Positions 29,448 to 38,904 of a stretch of DNA of 64,000 nt are shown here, in pieces. The notes under the pieces are model-generated. The model was not told the DNA's origin, did not search any database, and was given only the letters and a program-made list of their open reading frames with translations. A program made the position numbers and the translations under genes. Source of the stretch: Natronococcus sp. Lineage in GTDB: Archaea > Halobacteriota > Halobacteria > Halobacteriales > Natrialbaceae. The first letter of the stretch is position 1. Each line of letters begins with the position of its first letter. Location of the stretch: NCBI RefSeq assembly GCF_047921035.1, contig NZ_JBLRWX010000006.1, positions 2,841-66,840 of the forward strand, given 5' to 3'.

Positions 29448-29585
29448 CTATACTGCCGCAAAGACGAGCCACGGCACCACGAACAGCGCCGCCGTCAGCA
29501 CGGCGAGAATCAAGAGGTAGCCGACGACGGTGCTTCCCGCGGTGAGCCAGGCGGGATGCTCGAACTGGCGCGTATCGAGTGCCAT
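29448..29585 (-). CDS. Small (45-aa) single-TM membrane protein; too short for the ORF track (min length in track is 60 aa)
   Basis: Translated by hand: MALDTRQFEHPAWLTAGSTVVGYLLILAVLTAALFVVPWLVFAAV*. GC3-rich codons. TATA-like gtttatg (29610-29616) lies 25-31 nt upstream of the ATG. Confidence 0.4.
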   Translation of the reverse strand: MALDTRQFEHPAWLTAGSTVVGYLLILAVLTAALFVVPWLVFAAV

Positions 29586-29744
29586 GTAGATACGAACCGA
29601 AGAGGCGTTCATAAACGTACCGGCGCACTTGTCAGCTCGCCGTCGCTGAATCGGTGGGCTTGTCAGCCGGACCCGATCGCAGGAAACGGCGTCGAAACGA
29701 GTCGAGATCCGCGAGACGCTCGCCTCCGAATACGGCGTCGGTCT

Positions 29745-31319
29745 CTAGAAGTACCGCAACAGGCCGCTCTCGTCGTCGGCGTTTCGGAGGCGCCGACAGA
29801 GCGGACGGGCCTTCGACCCGATCGGTTCGGGGAACTCCGTGAGAATACGGAGGATCTCGGTCAACTCGAGGGCACGGCAGAGGACGGCGACGACGAGGAA
29901 GACGAGCAACCCTGCAGGCGGGACGACGAACATCGAGATCGGGATCGCGCCGACGATCGGGACCCCGATCGGCATCGAGAGCGCGTCGGCCATGAGGTAG
30001 ATCGGGACCGCCGCGACGGCGGTGGTAGCGGCGACCCGTCCGTACCGGGCGTTGGTGATCGGGTCGAAACCGGTCTTGCGGGCGCTCCAGAGGTGGAAGA
30101 TCGCCATCGAGCCGTACCCGATCGACGTCGCGATCGCCGCCCCGTGCATCCCGTAGGCCGGAATGAGGGCGGCGTTCAGGACCAGGTTGATCGTCGCCGC
30201 GGCGCCGGTCGCGACGATCGGGTACCGGAGTTCGCCTTTCCCCTGGGCGATCGCGAGCATCGGGCGGGCGAGCGCGAATCCGACCGCACCGGGAAGCAAG
30301 AGGAGCAACGGCGCGATCACCGGTTCGGAGCCGGGCCCCCAGTAGATCGGGACGGCGGCGTCGGCGAGGGCCGCCATCCCGAGTGCCATCACCGCCGTGA
30401 TCAGGAACGTGTACCGGAGCGTCCGACCCGCGACGGCCGAGATCTGATCGACCTTCCCCTGGGACCAGAGTTCGGACGTCGAGTGGACGAACACCGTCTG
30501 AAGGACGATGGGCGCGAACCAGAGGAACTCGGCGAACACGAGCGCCGCCTTGTAGTGACCCGGCGCGTCCGCCGAGGCCATCGCCTGGAGCATCAGGATG
30601 TCGATGTGGTACAGCGACATCAAGAGGAGCACGAGGACGATCGACAGCGAGTTGAAGGTCATCATCTCCCGTTTGGGAAGCATCCCGTTGTTCGTCTCGA
30701 AGACGCCCCCGAGCGACTGACGGTAGTGGAGGACGACCAGCCCGAGGAGCGCTACCAGCCCGCTCGAGAGGATGTGACCGAGCAGGGCTCCGACGACGCC
30801 GTAGCCCAAATACACGAGCGGGAGGGCGATGGCCACGAACGAGACGTTGAAGAGAATCTTCAGCGATTCCGAGTAGCGCTCGAGACCGAATCCCATCAGC
30901 GTCTTCCTGGCGAAAGGCCAGTACTGAGCCGTGAGTACCAGCGCGACGGTGACGTAGAAGTAGAGCGTGAACTCCTCGCGCCAGAGCCACTCGAAGAAGC
31001 CGAGGGAGGCGACGACTCCGAGAACGGCGGCGCCGAGGACGGCCAGCAGCGTCGCCAGCCGGAAGTAGAAGCCGACGACGGTCCGTTCCCAGGCGGGGTC
31101 GTCGCGGTCCTCGGCGACGTACTTCCGGACGCCGTCGGCGATCGGGGTACTGACGACGATCATGAACATGGAGTGGGCGGAGAGGACCGTCGCGTAGGCG
31201 CCGTAATCGACGTCGCCGAGCCAGCGATAGAGCAGCGGGGAAGCGATGATCCCCAGGATCAACGCGACGAACTTGCCGCTGGCGACCGAGAGAATTGCAC
31301 TCGTCAGACTACGCTTCAC
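29745..31319 (-). CDS. Polysaccharide/oligosaccharide flippase (MOP/Wzx superfamily)
   Basis: 524-aa ORF with about 14 hydrophobic segments. N-terminal SAILSVASGKFVALILGIIASPLLYRWLG is typical of Wzx-like proteins. Confidence 0.75.
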   Translation of the reverse strand: MKRSLTSAILSVASGKFVALILGIIASPLLYRWLGDVDYGAYATVLSAHSMFMIVVSTPIADGVRKYVAEDRDDPAWERTVVGFYFRLATLLAVLGAAVLGVVASLGFFEWLWREEFTLYFYVTVALVLTAQYWPFARKTLMGFGLERYSESLKILFNVSFVAIALPLVYLGYGVVGALLGHILSSGLVALLGLVVLHYRQSLGGVFETNNGMLPKREMMTFNSLSIVLVLLLMSLYHIDILMLQAMASADAPGHYKAALVFAEFLWFAPIVLQTVFVHSTSELWSQGKVDQISAVAGRTLRYTFLITAVMALGMAALADAAVPIYWGPGSEPVIAPLLLLLPGAVGFALARPMLAIAQGKGELRYPIVATGAAATINLVLNAALIPAYGMHGAAIATSIGYGSMAIFHLWSARKTGFDPITNARYGRVAATTAVAAVPIYLMADALSMPIGVPIVGAIPISMFVVPPAGLLVFLVVAVLCRALELTEILRILTEFPEPIGSKARPLCRRLRNADDESGLLRYF

Positions 31320-31488
31320 CTGTTGTCCTCCGGACGACCGTAGGAAACCCGCGTCCAGTATAAAAGGTGGCGGAAGCAGATCGACATCGCGTGAACTACC
31401 TCGGAGCCAAGCCCCGAGGCTTCGCCGACTCCGAACGGGAGGAATACCCGTTCCACCATCGGATACTGCACTCGCGGTTCCGGTCCGC

Positions 31489-31494
31489 TTTTAC
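31489..31494 (+). promoter_or_regulatory. TATA-like box (TTTTAC) upstream of GMP synthase subunit A
   Basis: 25-30 nt upstream of ATG 31519. Confidence 0.35.
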
Positions 31495-31518
31495 CGACCC
31501 GCTGGCTATACCCTCTCA

Positions 31519-32079
31519 ATGACGAAGATCGTCGTGGTGGACAACCACGGACAGTTCACCCACCTCGAGCAGCGGGCGCTTCGGGACCTCGGCGTCGACA
31601 CCGAACTGATCGACAACGACACGGATCCCGCGGAGGTCGACGCCGACGGCGTCGTCCTCTCCGGCGGTCCCGACATGGATCGAATCGGCCGTTCGGCGGA
31701 GTACCTCGAGTCCGACGTGCCCGTCCTCGGCATCTGTCTCGGGATGCAACTGATCGCGACGGAACTCGGCGGCGAGGTCGGCAGCGGCGAGTACGGCGGC
31801 TACGCCGACGTAACCGTCGATATCGTCGACGAGGCCGACCCGCTCACGGGCAGTCTCCACCCCGAAACCCGCGTCTGGGCGAGCCACGCGGATGAGGTCA
31901 CGGAACTCCCCGAGGGGTTCGAACGCACCGCCCGCAGCGACGTCTGCGACGTCGAGGCGATGAGCGACACCGACCGAGACCTCTACGGGGTCCAGTGGCA
32001 CCCCGAGGTCGCCCACACCGAGGAAGGCGAACAGATCTTCGAGAACTTCCTCGAGATCTGTGCGGAAAACGGCGCGTAG
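31519..32079 (+). CDS. guaA: GMP synthase (glutamine-hydrolysing) subunit A, class-I glutamine amidotransferase
   Basis: ATG 31519 in ORF 31246-32079. MTKIVVVDNHGQFTHLEQRAL, nucleophile elbow GICLGMQL, QWHPEV. Confidence 0.9.
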   Translation: MTKIVVVDNHGQFTHLEQRALRDLGVDTELIDNDTDPAEVDADGVVLSGGPDMDRIGRSAEYLESDVPVLGICLGMQLIATELGGEVGSGEYGGYADVTVDIVDEADPLTGSLHPETRVWASHADEVTELPEGFERTARSDVCDVEAMSDTDRDLYGVQWHPEVAHTEEGEQIFENFLEICAENGA

Positions 32080-32186
32080 CGAGGGACTGCTTCTCTTCGA
32101 TTGCGTTTCCCGGCCCCCGTCTGTACTTTCCATCGCGCTCTCGAGCAGCGACGGGTTCGGCGCGCGACGGGAGCGATAACACCAGT

Positions 32187-32249
32187 GTTACGTGGTATCT
32201 CCAACGTCGCCAAACGCGTATATGGTTACGTGACGAATCAGGTAACGTG
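32187..32249 (+). promoter_or_regulatory. Three copies of G(T/A)TACGTG around a TATA-like box upstream of the NmrA-family gene
   Basis: gttacgtg at 32187-32194 and 32225-32232, gtaacgtg at 32242-32249, and tatatgg at 32217-32223. Confidence 0.3.
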
Positions 32250-32326
32250 ATGCAACCGCAATCCGACGCCGCCGTTCGAACCGAGTTCGCCGTATCGACT
32301 GACGCTCCCGTCCGAGGTGAACGACG

Positions 32327-33232
32327 ATGACGACCAGCGTCCTCGTCACCGGCGCGACCGGCAATCAGGGCGGCGCGGTCGTCGAGCACCTGCTCGAGAG
32401 CGACGCCGAGTTCGACGTCTACGGACTGACGCGGGACGCCTCGAGCGAGACGGCCCAGTCGCTATCCGAGCGAGGGGTGACGATGGTCGAGGGCGATTTG
32501 GACGACAAGGAGTCGCTCGCCCCCCACGTCGCCGAGGTCGACGCCGTCTTCGCGGTCACCAACTTCTGGACGCAAGGGTACGACGCGCAGGTCCAGCAGG
32601 GCAAGAACATCGCCGAGGTCGCCGCCGACGAGGACGTCGAGCAGTTCGTCCTCAGCGGCGTCGGCAGCCACTGGGAGGACACCGGCGTCCCCCACTTCGA
32701 CTCGGCACAGGAGATCGACGAGCACGCACAGGATCTCGAGCTCCCGATGACGGTCCTCGGCCCCGTGTTCTTCTTCCAGAACTTCGAGGCGTTCGCCGAG
32801 GACGTCGTCGATGACGGCCAGATCGCGCTGCCCCTCGAGGAAGGCGTCTCCCTGCAGATGATCGACACCGACGACGTCGGCCACGCCGCCGCCGTCGCGC
32901 TCGCGAACCCCGAAGCGTTCGTCGGCGAGCGGATCGAACTCGCGGGCGACGAGCTCACCCTGGCGGAAGCTGCCGACACCCTCTCCGAGGTGACGGGTCG
33001 GGACATCGAACCCGTCCACGTCCCGATCGAGGACGCCTACGACTCCTTCGGCGAGGAGTTCACCGTCATGTGCGAGTGGTTCAACGAAGTCGGCTACGGC
33101 GCGGATCTCGAGGGGCTCGAGGAGCGCTTCGGCTTCGCGTTCACCGAGTTCGAGGCGTACCTCCGCGAGCACGGCTGGGAGGACAAGGAGGGGATGGCCT
33201 CGGTTCCGGGCTGGGTCAAGGCGATGCAGTAG
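32327..33232 (+). CDS. NmrA-family NAD(P)-binding protein
   Basis: 301-aa ORF. VLVTGATGNQGGAVVEHLL Rossmann motif. Overall NmrA-like layout. Confidence 0.8.
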   Translation: MTTSVLVTGATGNQGGAVVEHLLESDAEFDVYGLTRDASSETAQSLSERGVTMVEGDLDDKESLAPHVAEVDAVFAVTNFWTQGYDAQVQQGKNIAEVAADEDVEQFVLSGVGSHWEDTGVPHFDSAQEIDEHAQDLELPMTVLGPVFFFQNFEAFAEDVVDDGQIALPLEEGVSLQMIDTDDVGHAAAVALANPEAFVGERIELAGDELTLAEAADTLSEVTGRDIEPVHVPIEDAYDSFGEEFTVMCEWFNEVGYGADLEGLEERFGFAFTEFEAYLREHGWEDKEGMASVPGWVKAMQ

Positions 33233-33247
33233 GAACTCGAGTCTTTC

Positions 33248-34333
33248 TCAATCGTCGCTCGCGACGGGAACGCTCGCGCGCACCTCGAGTCGGTCCAGAT
33301 CCCCGACGAAGGAGGCGAGCATCTCGCTGGTGACGTGGGGCATACAGACGACCCGAAGCTCGCCCGTCGCGGTTCTGGAGATCCGCCACCCCTTCGCCCG
33401 GAGCGCGTCGAACGTCGGTTGAGGGACCGTCGCCGCGACCAGCGGCAGGGTGGGATCGACCACCTCGTAGCCGCGTTTCTCTAAGGCGTCGGCCAGCCAC
33501 TCGGCGTTGTGCTGCGAGCGGACGTACTGCTCGCGGTAGCCGTCGGGCCACAGCGCCTCCATCGCCGCCACGGCGCTGGCGACGCCCGCGCCCGACCGAG
33601 TCCCGGTCAGCGTCGCCTGGGCGGTCGACTCGAGGTACGGCGTGTCGACGGCCAGTTTGTCGAGCAGCGACTCGGAGCGGGCGAGCAATCCGCCCGCCGG
33701 AACCGCGGCCTGGCCCATCTTGTGGGGGTCGATCGCCATCGTGTCGACGGGCGCGTGGCCGAAGTGCCACTCGTGGTCAGTGAAGGGAAGGACGAACCCG
33801 CCCCAGGCGGCGTCGACGTGCAGCAAGGCGTCGACCGAGTCGGCGATTTCGCCGAGTTCGGGGATCGGATCGACCCGACCGTACTCCGTGGTTCCCGCGA
33901 CGCCGACGATCAGGGCGGTGTCGGGGTCGACGCTGGCCCGAACCGCCTCGAGATCCGCCCGGTGGTCGTCGTTGGTCGGCACGAGCCGGAGTTCGACCTC
34001 GAGCACGTCGGCGGCCTTCTGGAAACTGAAGTGGCCCGACTCGGGCACGACGACGTTCGGCGTCGGCGAGTCCGCCCGCTCGCGGGCGATGCGAACGGCC
34101 TGGATGTTCGCCTCCGTCCCGCCGCTGGCGACGTAGCCGGCGGGGTCGGTGAGGCCCGCAATCTCGCCGAGCATCGCGACCGCGTCGTCCTCGAGGGCTG
34201 CGACCCGCTGGTAGGTGGCGGGGTCGCCGGGGTTCGTCGCGAGAAACCGTTCGGCCGCATCGCGCGCGTCCGGGTGGGGCATCGTGCACATCGACGAGAG
34301 GACCCGGTCGAACGCCTGCGGCTCCGCTTGCAT
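33248..34333 (-). CDS. mfnA: PLP-dependent decarboxylase, MfnA type (tyrosine/aspartate decarboxylase)
   Basis: Internal ATG (34331-34333) of ORF 33248-34516. [46 protein letters not shown] (PLP lysine). Confidence 0.85.
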   Translation of the reverse strand: MQAEPQAFDRVLSSMCTMPHPDARDAAERFLATNPGDPATYQRVAALEDDAVAMLGEIAGLTDPAGYVASGGTEANIQAVRIARERADSPTPNVVVPESGHFSFQKAADVLEVELRLVPTNDDHRADLEAVRASVDPDTALIVGVAGTTEYGRVDPIPELGEIADSVDALLHVDAAWGGFVLPFTDHEWHFGHAPVDTMAIDPHKMGQAAVPAGGLLARSESLLDKLAVDTPYLESTAQATLTGTRSGAGVASAVAAMEALWPDGYREQYVRSQHNAEWLADALEKRGYEVVDPTLPLVAATVPQPTFDALRAKGWRISRTATGELRVVCMPHVTSEMLASFVGDLDRLEVRASVPVASDD

Positions 34334-34545
34334 ATCACTCAGCAGTCGGGTCAACCGCTTAGTAGTTGCGTTCTTCACGACCGGTCTGTCCTCGAGAGTG
34401 GCGAACGAGTCACCACTATCAATAGCGCTGCAGTAGGAACGCTCAGATCCGGTGGATACTGGCACTCGTATAGAGGAGTCACTCAGTACATAACTTACAT
34501 AATACGTCGCGTACATTCACATAGCTACGATACGAATACGCGGGT

Positions 34546-34896
34546 ATGTCTATCGACATCGATCAATTCGACGAACGCTCTCCCGAGGAGTTAGCGGAAC
34601 TGAGCAATCCCGAACAGGTGCTGAAGTTCCTCTACGAGAATCGGGATCGAGCGTGGAAGGCCAAAGAAATCGCCAGTCGAACGGGGATCAACGAAAATTC
34701 GATCCATCCCGTTCTTTCCCGCCTCGAAGACCGAGACCTCGTTCGCCACAAGGGACCGTACTGGGCGATCACCGACGACACGAATAGACTGCGCCAGGCC
34801 TACGATACGCACAGGGTAACGCAGTTGTTCGACGATCTCTACGGTGAGGAGGATCGTGACGAATGGATCGAGGCGAGCGAGCAAGTTGACGAATGA
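34546..34896 (+). CDS. Winged-helix (MarR-like) protein, putative antitoxin/regulator of the downstream gene
   Basis: 116-aa ORF. VLKFLYENRDRAWKAKEIASRTGINENSIHPVLSRLEDRDLVRHKGPYWAI. ATGA overlap with the next ORF. Lies in a low-GC islet. Confidence 0.6.
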   Translation: MSIDIDQFDERSPEELAELSNPEQVLKFLYENRDRAWKAKEIASRTGINENSIHPVLSRLEDRDLVRHKGPYWAITDDTNRLRQAYDTHRVTQLFDDLYGEEDRDEWIEASEQVDE

Positions 34897-35240
34897 GTTT
34901 CGATCGCGGAACGATCGTCTACGCGGACGATCCGTTCAGAGACGATGATTCGGGCAGACCGTGGGTGATCATCAACACGGCGGAGATGCCGTTTCACGGC
35001 GATCAGTACATCGCCTTGGCTCTTACGACGAAAACGTGGTACGACGAGCGATTGCCGATCGACGAGGACGATCTGATCGACGGCGGGCTCCCGAAAACGA
35101 GTGTGATTCTCCCGTGGGCTGTCGGAGCTATCGGACCGAACGAGATCGACCGCGAACTCGGTACACTAGCGGATACAGTCGTCGACGCGGCAGTGACGGA
35201 TCTCATCTCCTACTTAGGAGCAGACTACGACGAGAGCTGA
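34893..35240 (+). CDS. MazF/PemK-like putative toxin
   Basis: 115-aa ORF. GTIVYADDPF...GRPWVIINT...IALALTT...TSVILPWAVGAIGPNEIDRELGTL follows the spacing of the PemK/MazF SH3-like fold (G-I-V, RP-VV-S, P-T-T, S-I, G-L). Confidence 0.5.
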   Translation: MSFDRGTIVYADDPFRDDDSGRPWVIINTAEMPFHGDQYIALALTTKTWYDERLPIDEDDLIDGGLPKTSVILPWAVGAIGPNEIDRELGTLADTVVDAAVTDLISYLGADYDES

Positions 35241-35424
35241 CGGGCGCCCGGAAGGACCCACGAGCGGCTCAAAACCATCAGCGACGCTTCCGACTGTCGA
35301 GTGACGGTCTTCACGGGCGTCTGGACGGCCTGGTTCGCGCTCGGGTTCGACGATCGGCGCGCTCTGCTACCGCGCGAGATATGGCTTCTGGGCAATCTTT
35401 CGGACGAATAACCGCGACGCGGAC

Positions 35425-35430
35425 AAAAAA
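35425..35430 (-). terminator. T6 tract downstream of ppsA
   Basis: Minus strand reads gagtcttttttgtcc, about 35 nt after the ppsA stop. Confidence 0.4.
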
Positions 35431-35464
35431 GACTCGACGACGTTCGCGGCTGCGACGGCCCGAA

Positions 35465-37807
35465 CTAGCGCACCGAATCGAGCAACAGCTTCTGCTCGAC
35501 GCGTTTGACCTCGTGTTGGACGTCCCGGACGGCGTCGATGTTCGCCGAGATCGAGTGGATCCCCTCGTTGACGAGGAACTGGACCATCTCGGGTTTCGAG
35601 CCGGCCTGGCCGCAGATGCTCGTGTCGACGTCGTGTTCGCGGCAGGTTTCGATGACGCCGGCGATCAATCGGAGCACGGAGGGGTGAAGCTCGTCGAAGC
35701 GGTCGGCGACGTGCTCGTTGTTGCGATCGACCGCGAGCGTGTACTGGGTGAGATCGTTGGTCCCGAAGGAGGCGAAGTCGATGCCCGCTTCGGCCATTCC
35801 CTTGACGGCCAGCGCCGAGGCGGGCGTCTCGATCATCACGCCCCAGGTGCGCTTCTCGGGGTCGATCCCCGCCTCGGTCATCAGTCGTTTGGTCCGGTAG
35901 ACGTCCTCGGCGTCGTTGACCAGCGGGAACATGATCTCGACGTTGTCGTAGCCCAGCTCGTACAGCCGACGGAACGCCTCGAGTTCGTGGGCGAAGACCT
36001 CGGGCCGGTCGAGCGAGCGGCGGATGCCCCGGTAGCCGAGCATCGGGTTGTGCTCGTGGGGTTCGTCCTCGCCGCCCTCGAGCTGGCGGAACTCGTCGGT
36101 CGGCGCGTCGAGGGTTCGCACGCGGACGGGTCGGGGGTAGAACTCGTCGGCGACGCCGCGGACGCCCTGGACGAGTTCCTTGATGTAGGCGTCCTCGCCC
36201 TCGTCCTCGATGAACTTCGCGGGCGTCCGGTTCAGCGAGAGGATCATATGCTCCGTCCGCAGGAGGCCGACGCCGTCGGCGCCGGTCGCGGCCGCGCGCT
36301 CGGCTGCCTCGGGGATGGAGACGTTGACCTTGACCTCGGTCGCGGTCATCGGCTTGACCGGCGACTGCGGGCGCACCTCCTCGACGGGTTCGGCCTCCTC
36401 CTCGGGCGAGACGATGTCGCCCCCGAGCACCGACCCTTTGTCGCCGTCGAGCGTGACGACCTGGCCGTCCTCCAGCGTCGTCGTCGCGTTGGTCGTGCCG
36501 ACGATCGCGGGCACGCCCAGCTCGCGGGAGACGATGGCCGCGTGGCTTGTCATCCCGCCCTCGTCGGTGATGATGCCGGCGGCGCGTTTCATCGCGGGCA
36601 CCATGTCGGGCATCGTCATCTCGGTGACGATGATGTCGCCCTCGCCGACCTTGTCGAGTTCGTCGAGCTTGGTGACGATCCGGGCGGCGCCGCTGACCCG
36701 GCCCGGGCTCGAGCCCAGGCCGTCGACTATCACGTCGCCCGTTCCGGATCCGGTTGCGCTCTCGGAGCCGTCGGCGGCCTGGGTCTGCGTCCCGCTGCCG
36801 TCGGTGATCCCCTCCGTGATGTCGCCGGTTTCGGTGGCGTCCGTCGCGTCGGCGCCGCCCTCGTCGATCGTCGTGATCGGTCGCGACTGCAGCATGAAGA
36901 CCTCTCCGTCGACGATCGCCCACTCGACGTCCTGGGGGGTGTCGTAGTGGTCCTCGACGCGTTCGCCGAGTTCGACGAGGCGCTCGATCTCTCCCTCCGG
37001 GAGGACGCGGGCGGTCCGTTTCTCCTCGGGGACCTCGATTTCGCGGGTTTCGCCGGTCTCCTCGTCTTTGGCGTGCATCACCTTCTTTTCGGCGACGGTG
37101 ACGTCGACGTCGCCGCCGTCCCGGGGAACGATGTAGTTGTCGGGAGAGACGGCACCGGAGACGACGGCTTCACCCAGCCCCCACGCGGCCTCGATGATCA
37201 TCGTCGGGTCGCCGGTCGAGGGGTGGCTCGTGAACATGACGCCGGATTTCTCGGCGTCGACCATCTGCTGGACGACGACCGCGATGTTGACCGTGGAGTG
37301 GTCGAACCCCTTCTCCTGGCGGTAGTAGATCGCCCGCTGGGTAAACAGCGAGGCCCAGCAGCTCCGGACGCGGTCGAGAAGATCCGCTTCGGTGACGTTC
37401 AGGTAGGTCTCCTGCTGGCCCGCAAAGGAGGCGTCCGGAAGGTCCTCGGCGGTCGCGGAGGAACGGACGGCGACGAACGCCTCCTCGCCCGAGTCGCCGA
37501 CCTGCCGGTAGGAATCGAGGATCTCCTCGCGAACGTCCTCGGGGAACGGCGTCTCGAGGATGAGTTCCTGGGCGCGCTCGGCCGCCTCGGCGAGCGCGCT
37601 CGAGTCGTCGACGTCGACGTCGACGACCTCGAACAGCTCCTCGTCGATGTTCGCGTTCTCGATGAACGATCGGTAGGTGCCCGCAGTTACGACGAAACCA
37701 GGTGGGACGGGAAGTCCAGCGCCCGTGAGCTCGCCCAGAGAAGCTCCCTTGCCGCCGACTCTCTCGAGGTCACCGGCGCTGATCTCGTCCAACCAGAGTA
37801 CAGCCAT
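35465..37807 (-). CDS. ppsA: Phosphoenolpyruvate synthase
   Basis: Internal ATG (37805-37807) of ORF 35465-37858. VLWLDEISAGDLERVGGKGASLGEL, phospho-His region GGMTSHAAIVSRELGVPA, C-terminal PEP-utilising domain FASFGTNDLTQ. Confidence 0.95.
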   Translation of the reverse strand: MAVLWLDEISAGDLERVGGKGASLGELTGAGLPVPPGFVVTAGTYRSFIENANIDEELFEVVDVDVDDSSALAEAAERAQELILETPFPEDVREEILDSYRQVGDSGEEAFVAVRSSATAEDLPDASFAGQQETYLNVTEADLLDRVRSCWASLFTQRAIYYRQEKGFDHSTVNIAVVVQQMVDAEKSGVMFTSHPSTGDPTMIIEAAWGLGEAVVSGAVSPDNYIVPRDGGDVDVTVAEKKVMHAKDEETGETREIEVPEEKRTARVLPEGEIERLVELGERVEDHYDTPQDVEWAIVDGEVFMLQSRPITTIDEGGADATDATETGDITEGITDGSGTQTQAADGSESATGSGTGDVIVDGLGSSPGRVSGAARIVTKLDELDKVGEGDIIVTEMTMPDMVPAMKRAAGIITDEGGMTSHAAIVSRELGVPAIVGTTNATTTLEDGQVVTLDGDKGSVLGGDIVSPEEEAEPVEEVRPQSPVKPMTATEVKVNVSIPEAAERAAATGADGVGLLRTEHMILSLNRTPAKFIEDEGEDAYIKELVQGVRGVADEFYPRPVRVRTLDAPTDEFRQLEGGEDEPHEHNPMLGYRGIRRSLDRPEVFAHELEAFRRLYELGYDNVEIMFPLVNDAEDVYRTKRLMTEAGIDPEKRTWGVMIETPASALAVKGMAEAGIDFASFGTNDLTQYTLAVDRNNEHVADRFDELHPSVLRLIAGVIETCREHDVDTSICGQAGSKPEMVQFLVNEGIHSISANIDAVRDVQHEVKRVEQKLLLDSVR

Positions 37808-37914
37808 CTGTAGCTGGAAGGTCACCGGACCGGCTAAAGAAGGTTGCGAACGGCACACATGATTCAGAACTCGTGACCGAATGAGTTTGTCGCAGCCGCG
37901 GCAATTTTGAACTG

Positions 37915-38814
37915 TCAGCCCTCGATTATTTCGTCGCCGTCGTCGTCCGGAACGACGAGGGTGCCGTCCAGCGCCGTCACGCCGCGGCCGCCGACCCGAA
38001 CGCGGTCGCCGACGCGAACGAAGACCGTTCCGGGACGGTCGACGTAGTGGCCCTGCTCGAGGCGAAGCTCCTCGGGAAGGTCGTCGTCGAACGCGCCGAA
38101 CCGGTCGAGGTACGCCCCGACGGCCCCGCTTGCGGTCCCGGTGACCGGATCCTCCGGGACGCCCGCGCCGGGGGCGAACATCCGTCCGTGGAGCGTCGAC
38201 TCGCGCTCGAGCGTGTCGAACGAGAAGAGGTAGATCCCGGTCGCTTCGAGGTCGTCGGTCAGGGCCTCGATCGCGCCCATATCGACCTCGGCCGCGCCGA
38301 GGTCCGAGAGGTAGGTTATCGGAACGATCAGGAACGGAAGCCCCGTCGAGGCGATCGCCAGCGGAATGTCGTCGCTGGCTCCCTCGAGGGCGGCCGCCTC
38401 GACGCCGAGCGCGTCGGCGACGCGGTCGTAGCCGACGTCGACCTCCCGGGTCGTCGGTTCGTTCTGGGTCATCCAGACCGTCCCGTCGGCCTCGAGTTCG
38501 ATCTCGAGGACGCCGACGTTCGTCTCGAGGGTCGTCGTCCCCGGCTCGAGGCCCTCGTCGCGAAGGTGGGCGTAGCTGCCGATCGTCGCGTGGCCACAGA
38601 GGTCGATCTCCTGCGTTGGGGTGAAGTACCGAACCCGACGGTCGGCGTCGTCGCTCGAGCGGAGGAAGGCGGTCTCGCTCAGCGCCAGCTCGCGGGCGAT
38701 CGCCTGCATTTGCTCGTCGGTGAGCCCGTCGGCCTCGGGAACGACGCCGGCCGGATTGCCCGTCAGCGCCTCGTCGGTGAACGCGTCGACCTGCAGGACC
38801 CGAATCGTCTCCAT
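37915..38814 (-). CDS. PhzF-family isomerase
   Basis: 299-aa ORF. VDAFTDEALTGNPAGVV, ELALSETAFL, DLCGHATI. Confidence 0.85.
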   Translation of the reverse strand: METIRVLQVDAFTDEALTGNPAGVVPEADGLTDEQMQAIARELALSETAFLRSSDDADRRVRYFTPTQEIDLCGHATIGSYAHLRDEGLEPGTTTLETNVGVLEIELEADGTVWMTQNEPTTREVDVGYDRVADALGVEAAALEGASDDIPLAIASTGLPFLIVPITYLSDLGAAEVDMGAIEALTDDLEATGIYLFSFDTLERESTLHGRMFAPGAGVPEDPVTGTASGAVGAYLDRFGAFDDDLPEELRLEQGHYVDRPGTVFVRVGDRVRVGGRGVTALDGTLVVPDDDGDEIIEG

Positions 38815-38904
38815 ACGTCGGGATCGAACGGACCCGGCATCAAACCATCGCAGCGTCGGCGGACGACCGGTCTCGCCCGCGGACGCGTCAGCGCGCGGGC
38901 GCGA

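Noticed and set aside
34370-35330. Possible short direct repeats (tcttcacg...gtctg) flanking the low-GC toxin-antitoxin-like islet, considered as target-site duplications.
   Set aside because: Only about 13 matched bases with gaps, and the left copy lies about 40 nt upstream of the mfnA start codon. This cannot be distinguished from chance.
35241-35411. The reading frame of the MazF-like gene stays open for 57 codons after its TGA, and includes a possible 36-codon GTG-initiated ORF (35301-35411, MTVFTGVWTAWFALGFDDRRALLPREIWLLGNLSDE). Considered as stop-codon readthrough or a third gene of the module.
   Set aside because: GC content returns to the genomic level at 35241. There is no TATA box or recognisable motif, and open frames of this length are expected by chance in high-GC DNA. 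Evidence is insufficient.
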